A stretch of DNA of 64,000 bases from an uncultured Synergistia bacterium (GTDB taxonomy: Bacteria; Vulcanimicrobiota; SpSt-956; JAKJGF01), in assembly GCA_964431735.1 (NCBI GenBank), contig CAYSLJ010000009.1, positions 590 through 64,589 on the forward strand, given 5' to 3'. The position numbers and the translations under genes were made by a program. Positions 62,909 to 64,000 of this stretch are shown one piece after another. Under the pieces are notes generated by a model. The model was not told where the DNA came from. It searched no databases and saw only the letters and a program-made list of their open reading frames with translations. The first letter of the stretch is position 1, and every line of letters starts with the position of its first letter.

Positions 62909-64000
62909 CTAATTCCTGACAGGACGGAAACCCAGGAAGTAGTTGCGGCCATCAGGCGTGATGCCGATGCGGAACGCCGACCGGCAGCCATCGGGACCAA
63001 AGTTCCAGCTGCCGCCGCGAATGACACGGTAAGCGCCCGAAGCAGGGCCTGTAGGATTCGTGCCGGGACTTATACCATAATAAGCAGGTGGATTTATCCC
63101 ACTATCACTGAACCAATCACTGCACCATTCCCACACATTTCCGCTCATATCATAAAGGCCAAAGCTATTAGGAAGTTTCTGACCTACAATATGATGATTC
63201 TCATTACCGGGGCCACCATATCCATCTCCGGCATTATTCCAGTACCACGCATAATTCCCGATATTCGGCGGATCAGGCGGATAAGGATCACCCCAGTAAT
63301 ATTCTGCCGCATTACCGCCACGGCAGGCATATTCCCACTCTGCCTCTGTAGGAAGTCTATAACCATTAAGAGTCCTCCATACAGAAGGATCATTTCCTCT
63401 ATTATTTATCGGCCCGTAACAGGAAGTCAATCCCTGCTGAGTACTCAACCAGTTGCAATATGCTACCGCTCCATACCAGGATACATACACTACAGGACGA
63501 TTTTCATAACCAGAAATTACAGAGAACGTTCCAGCACCGGGCCCGCCTGTTATTCCCTGATACTGGTCTGCAACTATATTGATCCACTCTACTCCACCTT
63601 CTGTCTGATTACCTTCAGAATTTAAAAATAATACATAATTCGAATTAGTTACTTCATATTTAAACATATTAAAAGAACTTACTGTAATCGCGTGAACTGG
63701 TTCTTCAGATGCAGAAACAGTACTCCCCATATTAAAAGTCCCTCCGGCAATCGCCACCATCGGAGGCCCTACTACAGGTGTAGAAGTAGCCATCACGGTA
63801 GGAGTCACAGTAGGAGTCGCAGTCGCCGTAGCAGTCGGCTCCACCAGTGGCCTCACATTTATACTCTTCACTCCGGCAGTCACCTCATCATTCACTGCTC
63901 CGAAAGGACTTCCCGGACTTCCGTTATATTCGCTCTCACTCCTCCAGAACTCCACACGGCACGCACCCTGAGGAACTCCTGTAAAAGTAAAATTGCCTCC
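62909..64000 (-). CDS. DGR target protein, FGE-sulfatase (SUMF1)/C-type-lectin-fold domain; N-terminus beyond window
   Basis: The frame is open to base 64000. Thr/Pro linker, then EPVHAITVSSFNMFKYEVTN, VSWYGAVAYCNW, RLPTEAEWEYACRGG, GLYDMSGNVWEW and RVIRGGSW. Confidence 0.9.
   Translation of the reverse strand, partial: GGNFTFTGVPQGACRVEFWRSESEYNGSPGSPFGAVNDEVTAGVKSINVRPLVEPTATATATPTVTPTVMATSTPVVGPPMVAIAGGTFNMGSTVSASEEPVHAITVSSFNMFKYEVTNSNYVLFLNSEGNQTEGGVEWINIVADQYQGITGGPGAGTFSVISGYENRPVVYVSWYGAVAYCNWLSTQQGLTSCYGPINNRGNDPSVWRTLNGYRLPTEAEWEYACRGGNAAEYYWGDPYPPDPPNIGNYAWYWNNAGDGYGGPGNENHHIVGQKLPNSFGLYDMSGNVWEWCSDWFSDSGINPPAYYGISPGTNPTGPASGAYRVIRGGSWNFGPDGCRSAFRIGITPDGRNYFLGFRPVRN
62916..63041 (-). 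repeat. DGR variable repeat (VR) at the 3' end of the target gene
   Basis: Differs from the TR at 22 positions, all of them TR adenines on the coding strand. Encodes ..GGSWNFGPDGCRSAFRIGITPDGRNYFLGFRPVRN*. Confidence 0.93.

Larger units (their letters stand above)
60727..64000 (-). mobile_element. diversity-generating retroelement (target-VR, HRDC, avd, RT, TR); target gene runs off the window
   Basis: TR/VR pair with adenine-only mismatches, a DGR-type RT, Avd and an HRDC accessory gene, all on the minus strand. Confidence 0.93.

Overview
This is an AT-rich bacterial chromosomal segment with about 50 genes, mostly on the minus strand. I cannot assign a taxon from the sequence alone.

Gene content, left to right:
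- an orphan pilT-like ATPase
- a zinc-ribbon/HEAT/TPR Ser/Thr kinase
- two uncharacterised genes, one with primase-polymerase-like motifs
- a clostripain (C11)-like protein whose catalytic dyad looks replaced, plus a decayed paralogue
- nadK, an M28 peptidase, a Cys-rich sensor kinase and a sugar epimerase
- a minus-strand Pel exopolysaccharide locus lacking only pelC: split pelA, a short pelB-like TPR/beta-barrel gene, an embedded receiver, and pelD-E-F-G with a HEAT extension on PelF. A GAF/PAS kinase-receiver pair lies upstream of it.
- giant TPR proteins and two REC-DHp proteins without ATPase domains
- a NurA / small protein / HerA operon, a radical SAM gene and rho
- two ABC exporters, a GAF protein and a short subtilase

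The right-hand 7 kb differs in character. It holds two tandem Rpn/YhgA-like cassettes, one of them inactivated. It also holds a complete diversity-generating retroelement: a target gene with an FGE-sulfatase/C-type-lectin VR, an HRDC gene, avd, a reverse transcriptase and the TR. The 126-bp TR and VR differ at 22 positions, and every one is a template adenine.

The most unusual unexplained signal is in the intergenic DNA of the first 56 kb. Nearly every gene junction carries tandem heptanucleotide arrays of the GTGAnnn and ACGCGTn/ACGCATC types. Together with GC hairpins these form a recurrent mosaic element oriented with transcription, present in at least 10 copies. Several other short repeat families are also present, and many genes end inside the arrays.
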